Part shown: positions 19,049-29,700 of the stretch, piece by piece
How positions within the stretch are numbered: position 1 is the first letter of the stretch
Layout of the letters: each line of letters starts with the position of its first letter
From: Candidatus Poribacteria bacterium
GTDB taxonomy: Bacteria; Poribacteria; WGA-4E; WGA-3G
Direction of reading: 5' to 3'
Assembly (NCBI GenBank): GCA_963665235.2
Contig: CAXXLX010000001.1
Location: 4,128,001-4,192,000, forward strand
Length of the DNA stretch: 64,000 nt
Program-made: the position numbers and the translations under genes
Notes under the pieces: model-generated
Databases searched by the model: none
Told to the model about the DNA's origin: nothing
The model's input: the letters and a program-made list of their open reading frames with translations, nothing else

Positions 19049-22000
19049 TTAGAAGAAAGAGCGTCCAAGTGAACTGCCTGCCCCGAATGCATTGTAAGGA
19101 ACACCGGCCGGTAAGGTTTGGAAACCCCATGTTTCGGTAGTTGCGTCATAACCGAGTCCCATAGAAACAGCTGACTCGTCGATGAGTGTGACTTGGAAGG
19201 TAAAATCTTGTCGGACGTTATCAAATGGCGGTTCGCGTTTAATGCCAACCCGTCTCCAGGAAAGGCGAAGATTCCAGTCGTGCAAATTCCTGTTGATACT
19301 GACGCTTTGCGAATAAAATTGTCCATCAATTGGATAGTAGATAAGACTGGCATCAAATTCGAGGTTTTTACTGTGGCGGTAGCGTCCATTTGCCGTGATA
19401 GAACGCGATGCCTGAATTGAGGTGTGCCTTTTACTGAAAGAGCTTCCGAGGCTCACGTTCCACCTTTCGCGGGTGTATCGGAGGTTCGAGCGGAGCCCGA
19501 CGACTTTGAATTGTTTGCCATCGACTGGGTGTGGGTTTGGGTCATGTGTGAAGCGCACGGTCATATTTAGGTTTCGGCTTGGGAACGGGATGAGTGTGAA
19601 ATCACTCTCAATCGGTTCGTATTTGCGTCTATATAACGGATCGAATTCGGTGAAATCGGCGGTAAGGCGGGTATCAAAATAGAAGATGCGATGTGCTTCT
19701 TGACTCCGCCGCGTCTTAATCTCAAAACTTGTGCTAAAATCGTAGCTCAACCTTTTCCGTTCATAGAAATATGTACTCGGTCCAAAGGGATAGAGCGTGT
19801 CCTCTGAGTCAACAGCGGGTTGATAATTAAAGGTAAGGGTAGATTGTATTTCGTGTCGGAGCTTTCGTGCCCCGGGGATATAACTAATATTGTAGATACG
19901 GAAAAGCGTATTGGTAGCAGAGGCTCTGATACCGTACGCCCCCCCTAAAATGTTTCTATTTTTTTCTTGGTCTTTACTGTGCCAGATAAGGTTTGTATTC
20001 AAATTCAGGTTAAGTTTCAGTTCCCGCAAAGAGGTGATAAGGAGCGTTGACTGTTTACGTAGGTCGAAACCGAGGTCAAGCGTTTGGAGGAGTACATCTC
20101 TTTCCTCACGATAAACCTGCCTAAAGAAATTTCCGAATTCAATATCCATGTCAAAGCTTGTGTCTTCAAGTGTAGGGACCCTGAGCAGTGAGAGAAAAGG
20201 TTTATCGGATTTGAGTTTTTCGGAGGCGGTTAACATTCCGGTATTAATAGTTTTAAAGAGGGGGAGTGCGCTAAAACGCATCCGTGAGAAGTTGACTGTC
20301 AATTGCGGGAGTTTTTGTAGCGAAGTCGTTCCTTCGCCGGTGAAATCGTAAACGTGTCGGATTTCCAATCTGCTGGTAATATCTCCGATAGTCTGTTGAG
20401 AATAGCGCAAGTTATCATTTTCATCAACATCTTCTATGTCAAGTGCGGAGAGTGCAGAGCCGTAGGTGAGGATACCAAAGGAGTTGAGGGTAGAGTCGCC
20501 TGGGATTTGAAGGTCTTCCTTGTAATTAAGAGCCCGCCATTCTACGCGTCCGAGAAAACTGAGCGGTTTTCTTCCCGCGCCGGGTTTACTACTGTCCCAA
20601 GGCGTATAGAAAGATTGTCCGTGTCCCCAGCGTGCATTCCACCGTCTACCGATACGGGTTGCATCTCGTCTGCTAAAGGAATATTCATCTTTAGCGTAAA
20701 AGTAGAAATCACCGGTATAGGTCCGCTTTCTATCGACTTTGATGAGGTGAAACGCCTCTTTTGTTGAAATGACTCTTCGACTCATTTCGCCGCCATATAA
20801 ACTTTGTGCTTCCGATGCAACTGGTCTCGGGTCTTCCCACTGTCCACGGAACCCGTGTTTTCGGTAGACTTCAAGCTCTTCTTCTGCTGCTTCCTCACCG
20901 TTATCTTCGCCCGGTTCAGCCGTCTCGGTGCCGTTTGTGGCAGCCGTTTCCCCTTTATCAGGTTCAGAAGGCATCGGCGTAGGCTTTGCCTCTTCAGTAG
21001 GCGGTATTACTGGCTCCGCTGGCGTTGTCGGCTTCGGCTTTTCTGGCGGCGTTGGTTTAGAGTCAGGTAGGGTGTCGGTTTCCGGCTTTTCTGTTTTTTC
21101 TTCATCAGATGCAGCCATAGCCTCTGTTGAAAAAGTTTCCCATTCCGCTTCAAATTCTTCAGCGATAGCCTCAAAAGTCGGCGTTTCCTCTTTCTTAATT
21201 AATTGAAAAATGTAAAGCCCTTCAGGGGCATAGACGGGTCGGCCTTGGGTTATGTCATTAGGTTTTTCTAGGCGTCGGACCGAATACTGCCATCCGCTCT
21301 CCATTTCATTTAGGGGTAAACCTTTGCCTTCATTGATTTCAGAGAGCGTAGCTTCAGGAAATTCAGCGGCAAGTTGTTCAAAGGTTTCCTCAGCGAGAGC
21401 GCGTTCGTGAATTTTTTCTGCTACCTCGCGTAGTGTCTCTTGTGTTTCAGTGCTTGGACTAATCGCTATATCGATGCGTCGCAGTTTAATTTCGCGTTCT
21501 CCGTAAACATCAAGGGTCCGTTCAACTTTGAGGATGTGAAAAGCGGATTCGGTTTTTAAGACGGTACTAATTTCGTCTTCTTGTAGTGCAAACGCTGTTT
21601 CTTCCAAAATGGTGTCAAGTTTCGGATTGCCCTGCTGGTCCTGTTCCCCGCGTACAAGGAATCCCATATCTCCGCCCTCGTATCGGGTGTCAGAGTGGTT
21701 AGATTCGCGCTGTGCAAGACTTGCGAAGTCAGCATTTTCTTCCGTGAGTTGTTTGAGGAGCTCATCTGCTTTCTCTTTTGCCCGGTTGACATCTTCATCA
21801 TTAATCTGATATTTTAGGAAGAGTTGCTTTAGCCAGTACCGGTCGTAATCTCCTTCAAGACGTGCTTGTAATTCTTTCGCCTTGTCCTCGAATTTTGTGC
21901 GCTGGGCGGGGGTCGCTCCTGTCGGGATGGGTATGTAGATTTCTTGAAATTGTGTATCCCTGAACCGATATTTTCCTTCAAATCCGAAGCCTTGTCCGCG

Positions 22001-22987
22001 CCGGGCACTTCTGTCGTAGAGCAGCGCGCCATCATATCTCATTTTGCGTGCTAACGGTTGGATGATGCTGAAATAGGGCCCCTGGTAGCTATCCGTTCCG
22101 ACTCTAACGATAATTTTAGCCACTTTATCTTTGCGAAGGTCCCGGCGGATAGCGGGAAAATAGAAGAGCGGAAACCCGCCAATCCGTAAGACGATGTTTT
22201 TTGCAATCATCTCCTCTTTGATTCGAACAATAACCTCGGAAACGCTAAAATGGTAATGCGGATATTTTAGCGAACAGGTAGTTAGGGAAGCCCCTCGGAC
22301 ATAAGATTTCTTATCCTCTATTTTGAAGAGTTCACTTCCCCCGAAATACCACGGGTCACTGTATGTGAATCCGTTGCGTGCGATTCCTTTTTTGGTTTCC
22401 AGGTTGAAGATAAGTTCATCAGAGTATGTCTCTTCGTCCCCGACTTTGAGGTGTACGTTGCCGGATGCGCGCATCAAATTATCGTCGAAGTCAGCCCAGA
22501 CGTGGTCGGCACGCAAAATGACATTCTCGTATTTGATAAGGGCATTTCCGTGAATTTGTACCAAATTATCCACCAAAATCACCTTGTCTCCATCCCCGAT
22601 GACCGTACCTTCGGCAGGTGTCATCTTTTCAGGGTCGAGCTGTTTTTTAGCAGGTTTCTCAGGTTTGGTATCGGGAGATTCTTCTGTCTCCTCCGAAGGT
22701 GTAGGTACCGTTTGCTCTTCAGCAGGTGCCTGCTCCTCTTGGGGCACCTGAGCACTGAGGGATACTAGTGGTAAAAACAGACAGACAATCGCTATAATTG
22801 CGAGGTGCCCAACACGATTCAACCCTATAGTATGGGATGAACACGTCACGGACGGTCCACTTGTGAACTCGCCCCGTTGCATAAACCTTATCGGGTGTGT
22901 CATTTTAGAACTAGAAAGGATATCTCCGTTTTTTTGCAAAGGTTTCTCTCTTTTGTAGACGTGCTCTCGCGAGCACAACTTGCACAA
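19049..22987 (-). CDS. lptD: LptD-like LPS assembly protein with inserted parvulin (PpiC) domains; true start may be 22903 or later
   Basis: OstA-like N-domain, LTTCS..PHY, PLFYFP, barrel strands; insert with FASLAQRES..GGDMG..AFHILKV. Confidence 0.8.
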   Translation of the reverse strand: MCKLCSREHVYKREKPLQKNGDILSSSKMTHPIRFMQRGEFTSGPSVTCSSHTIGLNRVGHLAIIAIVCLFLPLVSLSAQVPQEEQAPAEEQTVPTPSEETEESPDTKPEKPAKKQLDPEKMTPAEGTVIGDGDKVILVDNLVQIHGNALIKYENVILRADHVWADFDDNLMRASGNVHLKVGDEETYSDELIFNLETKKGIARNGFTYSDPWYFGGSELFKIEDKKSYVRGASLTTCSLKYPHYHFSVSEVIVRIKEEMIAKNIVLRIGGFPLFYFPAIRRDLRKDKVAKIIVRVGTDSYQGPYFSIIQPLARKMRYDGALLYDRSARRGQGFGFEGKYRFRDTQFQEIYIPIPTGATPAQRTKFEDKAKELQARLEGDYDRYWLKQLFLKYQINDEDVNRAKEKADELLKQLTEENADFASLAQRESNHSDTRYEGGDMGFLVRGEQDQQGNPKLDTILEETAFALQEDEISTVLKTESAFHILKVERTLDVYGEREIKLRRIDIAISPSTETQETLREVAEKIHERALAEETFEQLAAEFPEATLSEINEGKGLPLNEMESGWQYSVRRLEKPNDITQGRPVYAPEGLYIFQLIKKEETPTFEAIAEEFEAEWETFSTEAMAASDEEKTEKPETDTLPDSKPTPPEKPKPTTPAEPVIPPTEEAKPTPMPSEPDKGETAATNGTETAEPGEDNGEEAAEEELEVYRKHGFRGQWEDPRPVASEAQSLYGGEMSRRVISTKEAFHLIKVDRKRTYTGDFYFYAKDEYSFSRRDATRIGRRWNARWGHGQSFYTPWDSSKPGAGRKPLSFLGRVEWRALNYKEDLQIPGDSTLNSFGILTYGSALSALDIEDVDENDNLRYSQQTIGDITSRLEIRHVYDFTGEGTTSLQKLPQLTVNFSRMRFSALPLFKTINTGMLTASEKLKSDKPFLSLLRVPTLEDTSFDMDIEFGNFFRQVYREERDVLLQTLDLGFDLRKQSTLLITSLRELKLNLNLNTNLIWHSKDQEKNRNILGGAYGIRASATNTLFRIYNISYIPGARKLRHEIQSTLTFNYQPAVDSEDTLYPFGPSTYFYERKRLSYDFSTSFEIKTRRSQEAHRIFYFDTRLTADFTEFDPLYRRKYEPIESDFTLIPFPSRNLNMTVRFTHDPNPHPVDGKQFKVVGLRSNLRYTRERWNVSLGSSFSKRHTSIQASRSITANGRYRHSKNLEFDASLIYYPIDGQFYSQSVSINRNLHDWNLRLSWRRVGIKREPPFDNVRQDFTFQVTLIDESAVSMGLGYDATTETWGFQTLPAGVPYNAFGAGSSLGRSFF

Positions 22988-23037
22988 CGCGTCATAACTG
23001 CGCGGTAATGGCTAAGCGTTTTTGAAATTACAAATAA

Positions 23038-24360
23038 TCACTCCGGTGGTTTCTGTGATGGCACCGGTTTGATTTTGATGTATGCATTTTCAAGTAGTGA
23101 ATCTGTGTAGGCAGTCCATTCCTTTTCAAAGCGTCGTTGGCGCAAAATAGTGACAATTTGCTGTTTCTCTAGTTCGGTCAATTCCGGTATATTTCGTTCT
23201 TCAAGTTTGAAGATGTGAAGTCCGGTATCAGTTTCAACGGGTTCACTGTGCTTCCCAACTGCAAGCCCCTGGATGACTTTCCTAATTTTCGGTGGGAAGT
23301 CGGTTAGTGCGCGTACGCCGAGGTTTCCGCCTTTGGCTGCGGTTTCTTTATCATCGGAATGTTCAGTAGCCAGGGTATTGAATTCTTCACCGGCTTCCAA
23401 CTTTTTGAAGAGGTCAACGATGCGTTTTCGTGCCGCCTCTATCGCCTCCTCGCTTGGAGTGAGCGGGACAGTAAGATATCGGAACGCAAGGGTTTTATCT
23501 GTTCGGGTTTCCATCATAAAAACATAGAACCCTTCAGGAGTTTCAACCGGTTCACTGATTTCGGCTGTTTTGAGTTCAGCAAGGACAGCTTGGAACGTTT
23601 TCGGAAATTTATGCATCTCTGTGAGGGAGGCTTCTATGAGTTTTCCTGCTTGCGAATTCGGATTTCGCGTTGCCTTGATATTCTGTGCAACCGTCTCAAA
23701 CTGTGTTTTATCTGTGTGAATTTGCGCCAAAGCCTTGTCGATTTTAACACGTCCAGCTTTCCGGTCAGCCTCACTCGGTTTGAATCCGACGACGATATGG
23801 CGTAAGCGGACTTTGTCGGTTTTTGTCGGAAGTTGGTCGCGGTTTTCTTCAAAAAACTTCTGGACTTCGCTGTCTCGTACCTGGAGGCGCGGCATAATAC
23901 GTCCCATGACCAATTTTTCGGTCATGAGGTTCCGTTGGCACTGCTCCCGAAATCCGATGAGGGTTGTCCCTTCCCGGTTGAGCAGCTTCTTGAATTCATC
24001 ATCGGTCTCAATTTGATACTGCTTCTTAACGTCCTGGATGTACTGTTCCACCTCTGAATCGGTGACCTCAATTTTCAGCGTCAAGGCGGCTTCAACGAGA
24101 AGCATTTGACGAATGTGCTTATCTAGTAGGGCAGCCCGTTGCTCCGCTGCCGCTTTAAGGGCTTCATCCTTGCTAAAACGGTAAGCATGTTGCAGTTCAA
24201 GGGCGCGTTGGTTGACGATAGTGTCAAGCTGCCGCTGGGTTATGATATCATCGTTGACATACGCGATGATTTTGTCAAAAATACGTGCAACCCCAGGGGT
24301 TACAAGGCTGCCGATGAGCAGTCCAATTAGTCCTATATATACAATTATTTTGGGTATCAT
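23038..24360 (-). CDS. surA: SurA-like chaperone with two parvulin domains
   Basis: FDKIIAYVNDDIIT, VRLRHIVV, HSDD..GGNLG..GLHIFKL. Confidence 0.8.
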   Translation of the reverse strand: MIPKIIVYIGLIGLLIGSLVTPGVARIFDKIIAYVNDDIITQRQLDTIVNQRALELQHAYRFSKDEALKAAAEQRAALLDKHIRQMLLVEAALTLKIEVTDSEVEQYIQDVKKQYQIETDDEFKKLLNREGTTLIGFREQCQRNLMTEKLVMGRIMPRLQVRDSEVQKFFEENRDQLPTKTDKVRLRHIVVGFKPSEADRKAGRVKIDKALAQIHTDKTQFETVAQNIKATRNPNSQAGKLIEASLTEMHKFPKTFQAVLAELKTAEISEPVETPEGFYVFMMETRTDKTLAFRYLTVPLTPSEEAIEAARKRIVDLFKKLEAGEEFNTLATEHSDDKETAAKGGNLGVRALTDFPPKIRKVIQGLAVGKHSEPVETDTGLHIFKLEERNIPELTELEKQQIVTILRQRRFEKEWTAYTDSLLENAYIKIKPVPSQKPPE

Positions 24361-24420
24361 GAGAATGCTTTCTCCACTATTCGTTTGCCTTGCCTATTTT
24401 CAGGCTAATAGATTGTCTTA

Positions 24421-24660
24421 TACCAAATTTATTTGGTTCATCGTCTTCACATACCGCCATAAACCAATATGCTATAAACATATCGTCCTTAAGAGCAGGC
24501 TGCTTGCCTGAATACTGGGACTAGCTTGTGGGGTCGTTGGGGGCTGCTATAAATATAACGCCCCTACTGGGCTAATACCAAACTTATTTGGTTCATCGTC
24601 TTCACATACCGCTCCGCTGGAGCGGAAGAGTGGAACAAGACGAATTGTGTTAATTTGGTA
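24421..24660. mobile_element. MITE with TACCAAATT/AATTTGGTA TIR and TTA target duplication; internal duplicated left end
   Basis: TTA at 24418-24420 and 24661-24663; 37-bp left end repeated at 24576; contains REP-like hairpins. Confidence 0.7.
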
Positions 24661-24746
24661 TTAGACGATAAAGTGGGGTAGGGCTGAGGTGGGACACCTT
24701 CGCCCTACGTCTCGGTTAATCGTGCGAAAACACTTTGGCTATAAAT

Positions 24747-25718
24747 CTATTCGGCCGGTTGTGTTTGCTCAGGCGGTGTTTCCTCTTCCGTTTCGGTGGG
24801 TTCATCCTCCGGAATGCGGTCAATGTATGTTTTGACTTCTGCCCGCTCGCGAAGGCGCGAGACCCACTCCTTCATGAGGGTATCGCGTGTTTGCCGTTTC
24901 ACCCGTTTCTCAACGTCCTTGCGGACATCCGCCTCATCAAAGGGTTGCTGATATTCCGCTCTGGCCTCCTCTTTACGAAAGATCATGTAGTATTTTTGTC
25001 CTTGGACTTCAACTGCAATGACACCATCATGGATAGTGTTAATTTCCGCGCTGAAAGCAGCTTCCATAAAGGGTTCAGTGCCGGGTGGATAGGAATTCCG
25101 GCTGATGTAATCGGTATCGCCTGGTGCGGCAGGATTCGCGCCGGGTCCGACCAATTCTCCTCTATCAGAGAGTTCCTGCACTGCGACTGCGATATCTTTT
25201 CCCGCTTTAATTTCAGCGAAGATTTCATCAGCTCGTTCCTTATTCTGTAGGGTGATACACAACAATCTGACCTGCTCAGGGCGGACGTAATCGGCTTTGT
25301 TTTCCTCATAGTAGCCTTTATAATCCGCTTCAGTCAAGACGAGTTTTGCGTCAACCTCCTGCGCGGTGAGTTTTTCAATCATAAGGTCGTGGAGGTAATT
25401 CTTAACCTTTTTGAGGATTTCGGTATCTTCATTCAACGCCATATCTTTTGCAAGACAGAGGATTAATCGGCTTTCGGCCATAAGCAGCATGTATTCTTCG
25501 AGCCCCGCCTTGTCTTGGTACTGACGTTGCTTATATTTGGGGAGTTCGCTAATCTCCTGCATCATCTCTTCAAGGGTGATTTGATGTTTGCCATCCCATT
25601 CGAATTCGGCAATGATAGTTTTGTCGGCACCGATTGCCTTTTCTCCACAACTGTAGAATAGGGGGTGTATGGCAAGAATCGCGATTAAAATTAGGGGTAT
25701 GCAGCTAAATTTTTTCAT
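24747..25718 (-). CDS. PpiC/PrsA-like peptidyl-prolyl isomerase-fold protein, probable lipoprotein
   Basis: Signal with YSC, YYEENKADY..EQVRL, degenerate parvulin, WVSRLRERAEVK. Confidence 0.8.
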   Translation of the reverse strand: MKKFSCIPLILIAILAIHPLFYSCGEKAIGADKTIIAEFEWDGKHQITLEEMMQEISELPKYKQRQYQDKAGLEEYMLLMAESRLILCLAKDMALNEDTEILKKVKNYLHDLMIEKLTAQEVDAKLVLTEADYKGYYEENKADYVRPEQVRLLCITLQNKERADEIFAEIKAGKDIAVAVQELSDRGELVGPGANPAAPGDTDYISRNSYPPGTEPFMEAAFSAEINTIHDGVIAVEVQGQKYYMIFRKEEARAEYQQPFDEADVRKDVEKRVKRQTRDTLMKEWVSRLRERAEVKTYIDRIPEDEPTETEEETPPEQTQPAE

Positions 25719-25753
25719 GAGTGCTATCTCCTTTCTATTAGAAGTTGCGTGAA

Positions 25754-26728
25754 CTACTTATCAGGCGTATCAGGTGCCTTCTCTGGTTCTTCTGGTTGTG
25801 CCGGGGCTGGAATGTTTTCAGGATAAGTTTTCAGTTTTCCTGCTTCAGAAATTTCGGCAATCCATGCGAGGATACGTTCGCGCTTTTTGGTGCGTTTCAC
25901 TTTTCGTTCAACCTCGGATTTGACTTCGTCAAACGCTTTCTGTCGTTCCGGTTGGTGTTCCTCCTTCCGGAAGATGAGGTAATAGGTTTCGTCTCGGACA
26001 TCCGTTTCGAAGACGACTTCGGTCATTTCGCCAATTTCTTGGGCGAAAACAGCCTCAATGAATTCGCTCCAATCAGGCGATGCGTTTATGTAAAAGAAAA
26101 ACGTGTTTCCGGGGTCGTCCTGGTTGGTGCCAGGTCCGTTTGCCAATTTGTTTTCGGCAGCGAGTGCTTTTGCGACCTCGATGATGTCTTTCCCGGCTTT
26201 AATCTCGTCCAAGGTTTGATTAGCGAAGTCCTCATCATCAAGCGTAATACAGGTTGCCCGTGCCTTTTCCGCCTCGACGTAGGTACTTTTGTGCTCCTCA
26301 TAATATGCAATAAGGTCCTCGTCTGTGTAAACGGTTTTTGCATCAACCTCCACTTCGGTGAGTTTCTCGACCATCAGTTGATAGGTGTAGTCTTCCATTT
26401 TTTCTAGATGGTCCGGCAGGGTGTCAAATTCTGCATCTTTGGCTTGAAGGAGTTTAAGTTTTTTGTCAATGAACTCCTCTAAAAATTCAGCCTTATCCGC
26501 TTTGGTAGCGAGGTTTCTCTGTCGGTACGGTGGCAATTCGGCAATGGCTGCGTTCAGGTTAGCGAGTGAAATCTGATGAGGCTCACCGTTCCAACTGAAC
26601 TCCGCTAAAATAATCGCGTTCTCATCAACTGTTTCCACAGCAGGTTCGTGGTTATCGGAACGTCCAAGAGACCAGGTGAGAAAACAGGCTGCGACAACTG
26701 CTACAACAACAATAATCGTTTTTTTCAC
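25754..26728 (-). CDS. PpiC/PrsA-like protein, paralogue of 24747-25718
   Basis: Shared IAEFxW, ELPxYxQR, CITL, GPG, YYxIFRKEE motifs. Confidence 0.8.
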   Translation of the reverse strand: MKKTIIVVVAVVAACFLTWSLGRSDNHEPAVETVDENAIILAEFSWNGEPHQISLANLNAAIAELPPYRQRNLATKADKAEFLEEFIDKKLKLLQAKDAEFDTLPDHLEKMEDYTYQLMVEKLTEVEVDAKTVYTDEDLIAYYEEHKSTYVEAEKARATCITLDDEDFANQTLDEIKAGKDIIEVAKALAAENKLANGPGTNQDDPGNTFFFYINASPDWSEFIEAVFAQEIGEMTEVVFETDVRDETYYLIFRKEEHQPERQKAFDEVKSEVERKVKRTKKRERILAWIAEISEAGKLKTYPENIPAPAQPEEPEKAPDTPDK

Positions 26729-26790
26729 TGGAGTATTCTCCTTTTAGGTATACGAGGCAACCGCTTTCGTGCTGCCCCTACGAAATATAA

Positions 26791-29700
26791 TCAGTCAGTT
26801 GCAACAAAAGGGGTTAGAATCTGTTGCAGTGCAATTAACAGGTTTTTTCCATCCAAACCTTCTATATCAATCATAAGCTGTGCGGGTGGGCGTAACTGGA
26901 GTTTTGGATTGTTATGAACCGTTTCGATAAATTGTGTCACATCAATTTTCGGTTTGCGTTCGTCAAAGGTTGCTTTGAGCTGCTTGCTTCCAGCAACGAG
27001 ACTGGTGATACCGAGCTGCTGGCTGAGTTGCTTGATGCTTGAGATTTCGAGTAGCATTTCAACCGGCTCTGGCATATCACCGTATCGGTCTTTTAGTTCG
27101 TTCTCCAATTCGCGCCTATCTGTCTCTGTCTTTAGAGCGGAGATTTTCTTGTAGATAGAAATTTTTTGTCGGCTGTCAGGGATATATGTATCCGGCAGAT
27201 ACGCTTCAATTGGCAAATTAATTCGGGTCTCAATTGCCTCCTCAACCTTTTCCCCTTTCAAACCGCGTACCGTTTCTTCAAGCAGTCTACAGTAGAGTTC
27301 GTACCCGATGGTGGCGATATGCCCGTGCTGTTCAGCGCCGAGTATGTTGCCTGCTCCGCGAATTTCTAAGTCACGAAGTGCAATTTTAAACCCGGAACCG
27401 AGGTCGGTAAATTCCTCAATGACGCGAAGTCGTTTTTCTGCGCCCTCGGTTATCGGCATATTTTCCGGATAGAAAAGGTACCCATACGCCTGCTCGTCAG
27501 CGCGCCCCACGCGTCCCCGGAGCTGGTAAAGCTGCGCTAAACCGAACGCATCCGCGCGATTAATCATGATAGTATTGACGTTCGGAATGTCGAGTCCGGA
27601 TTCAATAATCATGGTACAAACGAGAATATCGTGTTTGTGTCGGACAAATTCTAGCATGACCTGTTCCAATTCTCGTTCCGGCATCTGGCCATGGGCGATA
27701 GCGATGCGTGCTTGTGGGACCAGGTTCCGAAGAATCTCGGCAATACTTGCGATGCTCTGCACACGATTATGAACAAAGAAAACTTGCCCATCTCGTGCCA
27801 ATTCGGTGATAATCGCATTTCGTATAACCTCCGGATTATACGGCATGACATAGGTCTGAATAGGCAGCCGATTCGCTGGCGGCGTGTTGATAACGCTGAA
27901 ATCCCGAATGCCGACAAGCGACATGTGCAGGGTACGGGGAATCGGTGTTGCTGTCAACGTAAGCACGTCCACCGTCTCCTTGAACTGTTTAATCTTCTCC
28001 TTATGTTTAACACCGAATCGGTGTTCCTCGTCAACCACGAGGAGCCCGAGGTTGTCAAAGTTGACAGTGCTTGAGAGCAAACTATGCGTGCCGATGACGA
28101 TATCAACGGTCCCCTCAGCAAGCCCGCTCTTGACCGTTTGTATCTCCTTCCGGGTGCGAAACCGATTCAGCATTTCAACGTGTATCGGAAAAGGTTTGAA
28201 ACGTTTTTCAAAGGTGTCATAATGTTGGAGTGCCAGTATAGTTGTTGGTACAAGAACAGCTACCTGTCTTTCTGCCATAACGGCTTTAAAGGCAGCTCGC
28301 AAGGCGACCTCCGTTTTGCCATAACCGACATCACCGCAGATAAGCCTATCCATCGGCACCTCTGCCTCCATGTCCGCCTTAACGTCTTCGATTGCTTGAC
28401 GTTGGTCATCGGTTTCCTGATAAGGGAAAAGAGCTTCAAATTCAGTTTGCCATGGGATATCCACTGGAAAACTGTAACCTTTGCGTGCCTGCCGGGTTGC
28501 ATAGAGTTTTAGGAGGTCATCCGCCATTTCCTCTATTGCTGCCTTGGCACGTCCTTTTTTACGCTGCCAGGCTGTTCCGCCGAGCTGGTCAAGCCGTGGC
28601 GCGTAAGCCTCATCTTTGTTTCCTAAATACTTTTGCACTAACTCAACCTGATAGGTTGGCACATAGAGCCGGTCATCGTCTCTATATTTGAGGACAAGAA
28701 AGTCCTGCGCCTGTCCATCAATATCCATTCGACGGATGCCTTCATATAGTGCTATACCGTTGGAAACGTGCACAACATAGTCCCCAACCTTCAGGTCTAT
28801 CAGGCTGAGAATCGGTGCCCCGTTGTTATAACGTCTTTTCGGTCTTCCCCTGCGTTGCTGGCTTCCGAAGAGCTCGTTTTCTGAAATAACAGCAAATCGT
28901 AGTGATTCATTGAGAAATCCTTCAGAGATAAGCCCGACGCTAACTGAAACACTTTCCGGGGAAAGGTCCCGCTCCATTAACATCTCCAACACGCGCTTTG
29001 CCTGTTGTGGGGTTTCACAGTAAACTTTGATGAGATACGCCTCGGTTGTCCACGTTTTAATATGGTCAATCACCATTTGGTAATTGCCACGACCGAGCCC
29101 GAGCGGTTTCATGCCAAAGTAGAGTTCTGAAACAGATGGCGGCTGCTGGTTATCAGGTACCGGCTCATTATTTACATCGGAAACCAAGGAGATGCGGACA
29201 TTCGGATACCTCCCTAATTCGGTCTGCAGTGTGTTTGCGGGGACTAATAATGTTTCAGGTGCGGGCATCAATTTACCTTCGGTCAGTCTCCGTGAGTATA
29301 TTGTCTGCAGCTGTTCGTGCATCTGTTCAGCCTCCCTTGCCTGCCATCGGGGTTCTACGAGAACCAGAATTGTGTCATCAGGGAGATAATCCATGAGCGT
29401 CTCTGTCTCTGGGAACAGGAGCGGTAGGAAGGCTTCAATGCCATCAATTTCCGTGGGATGTTCCTCAGCTTCGGCCGTTGCCTTCACTAACCAATTTTCC
29501 AAGGATTGTGTCATATCGCGGACAGCATTTATGAGTTCAGGCGTGTTTTCGGACCCATGCATCAATCGCTTAGTTTGTGATTGCCAATGCGTGAGCGAAG
29601 CTTCTGCAAGACACACCTCGGACATTGGCGTGAGCACGACCGATGTATCGTGTTCCACAGAACGTTGCGATGTCGGTTCGAAGAGTCGAATGTCGTCAAG

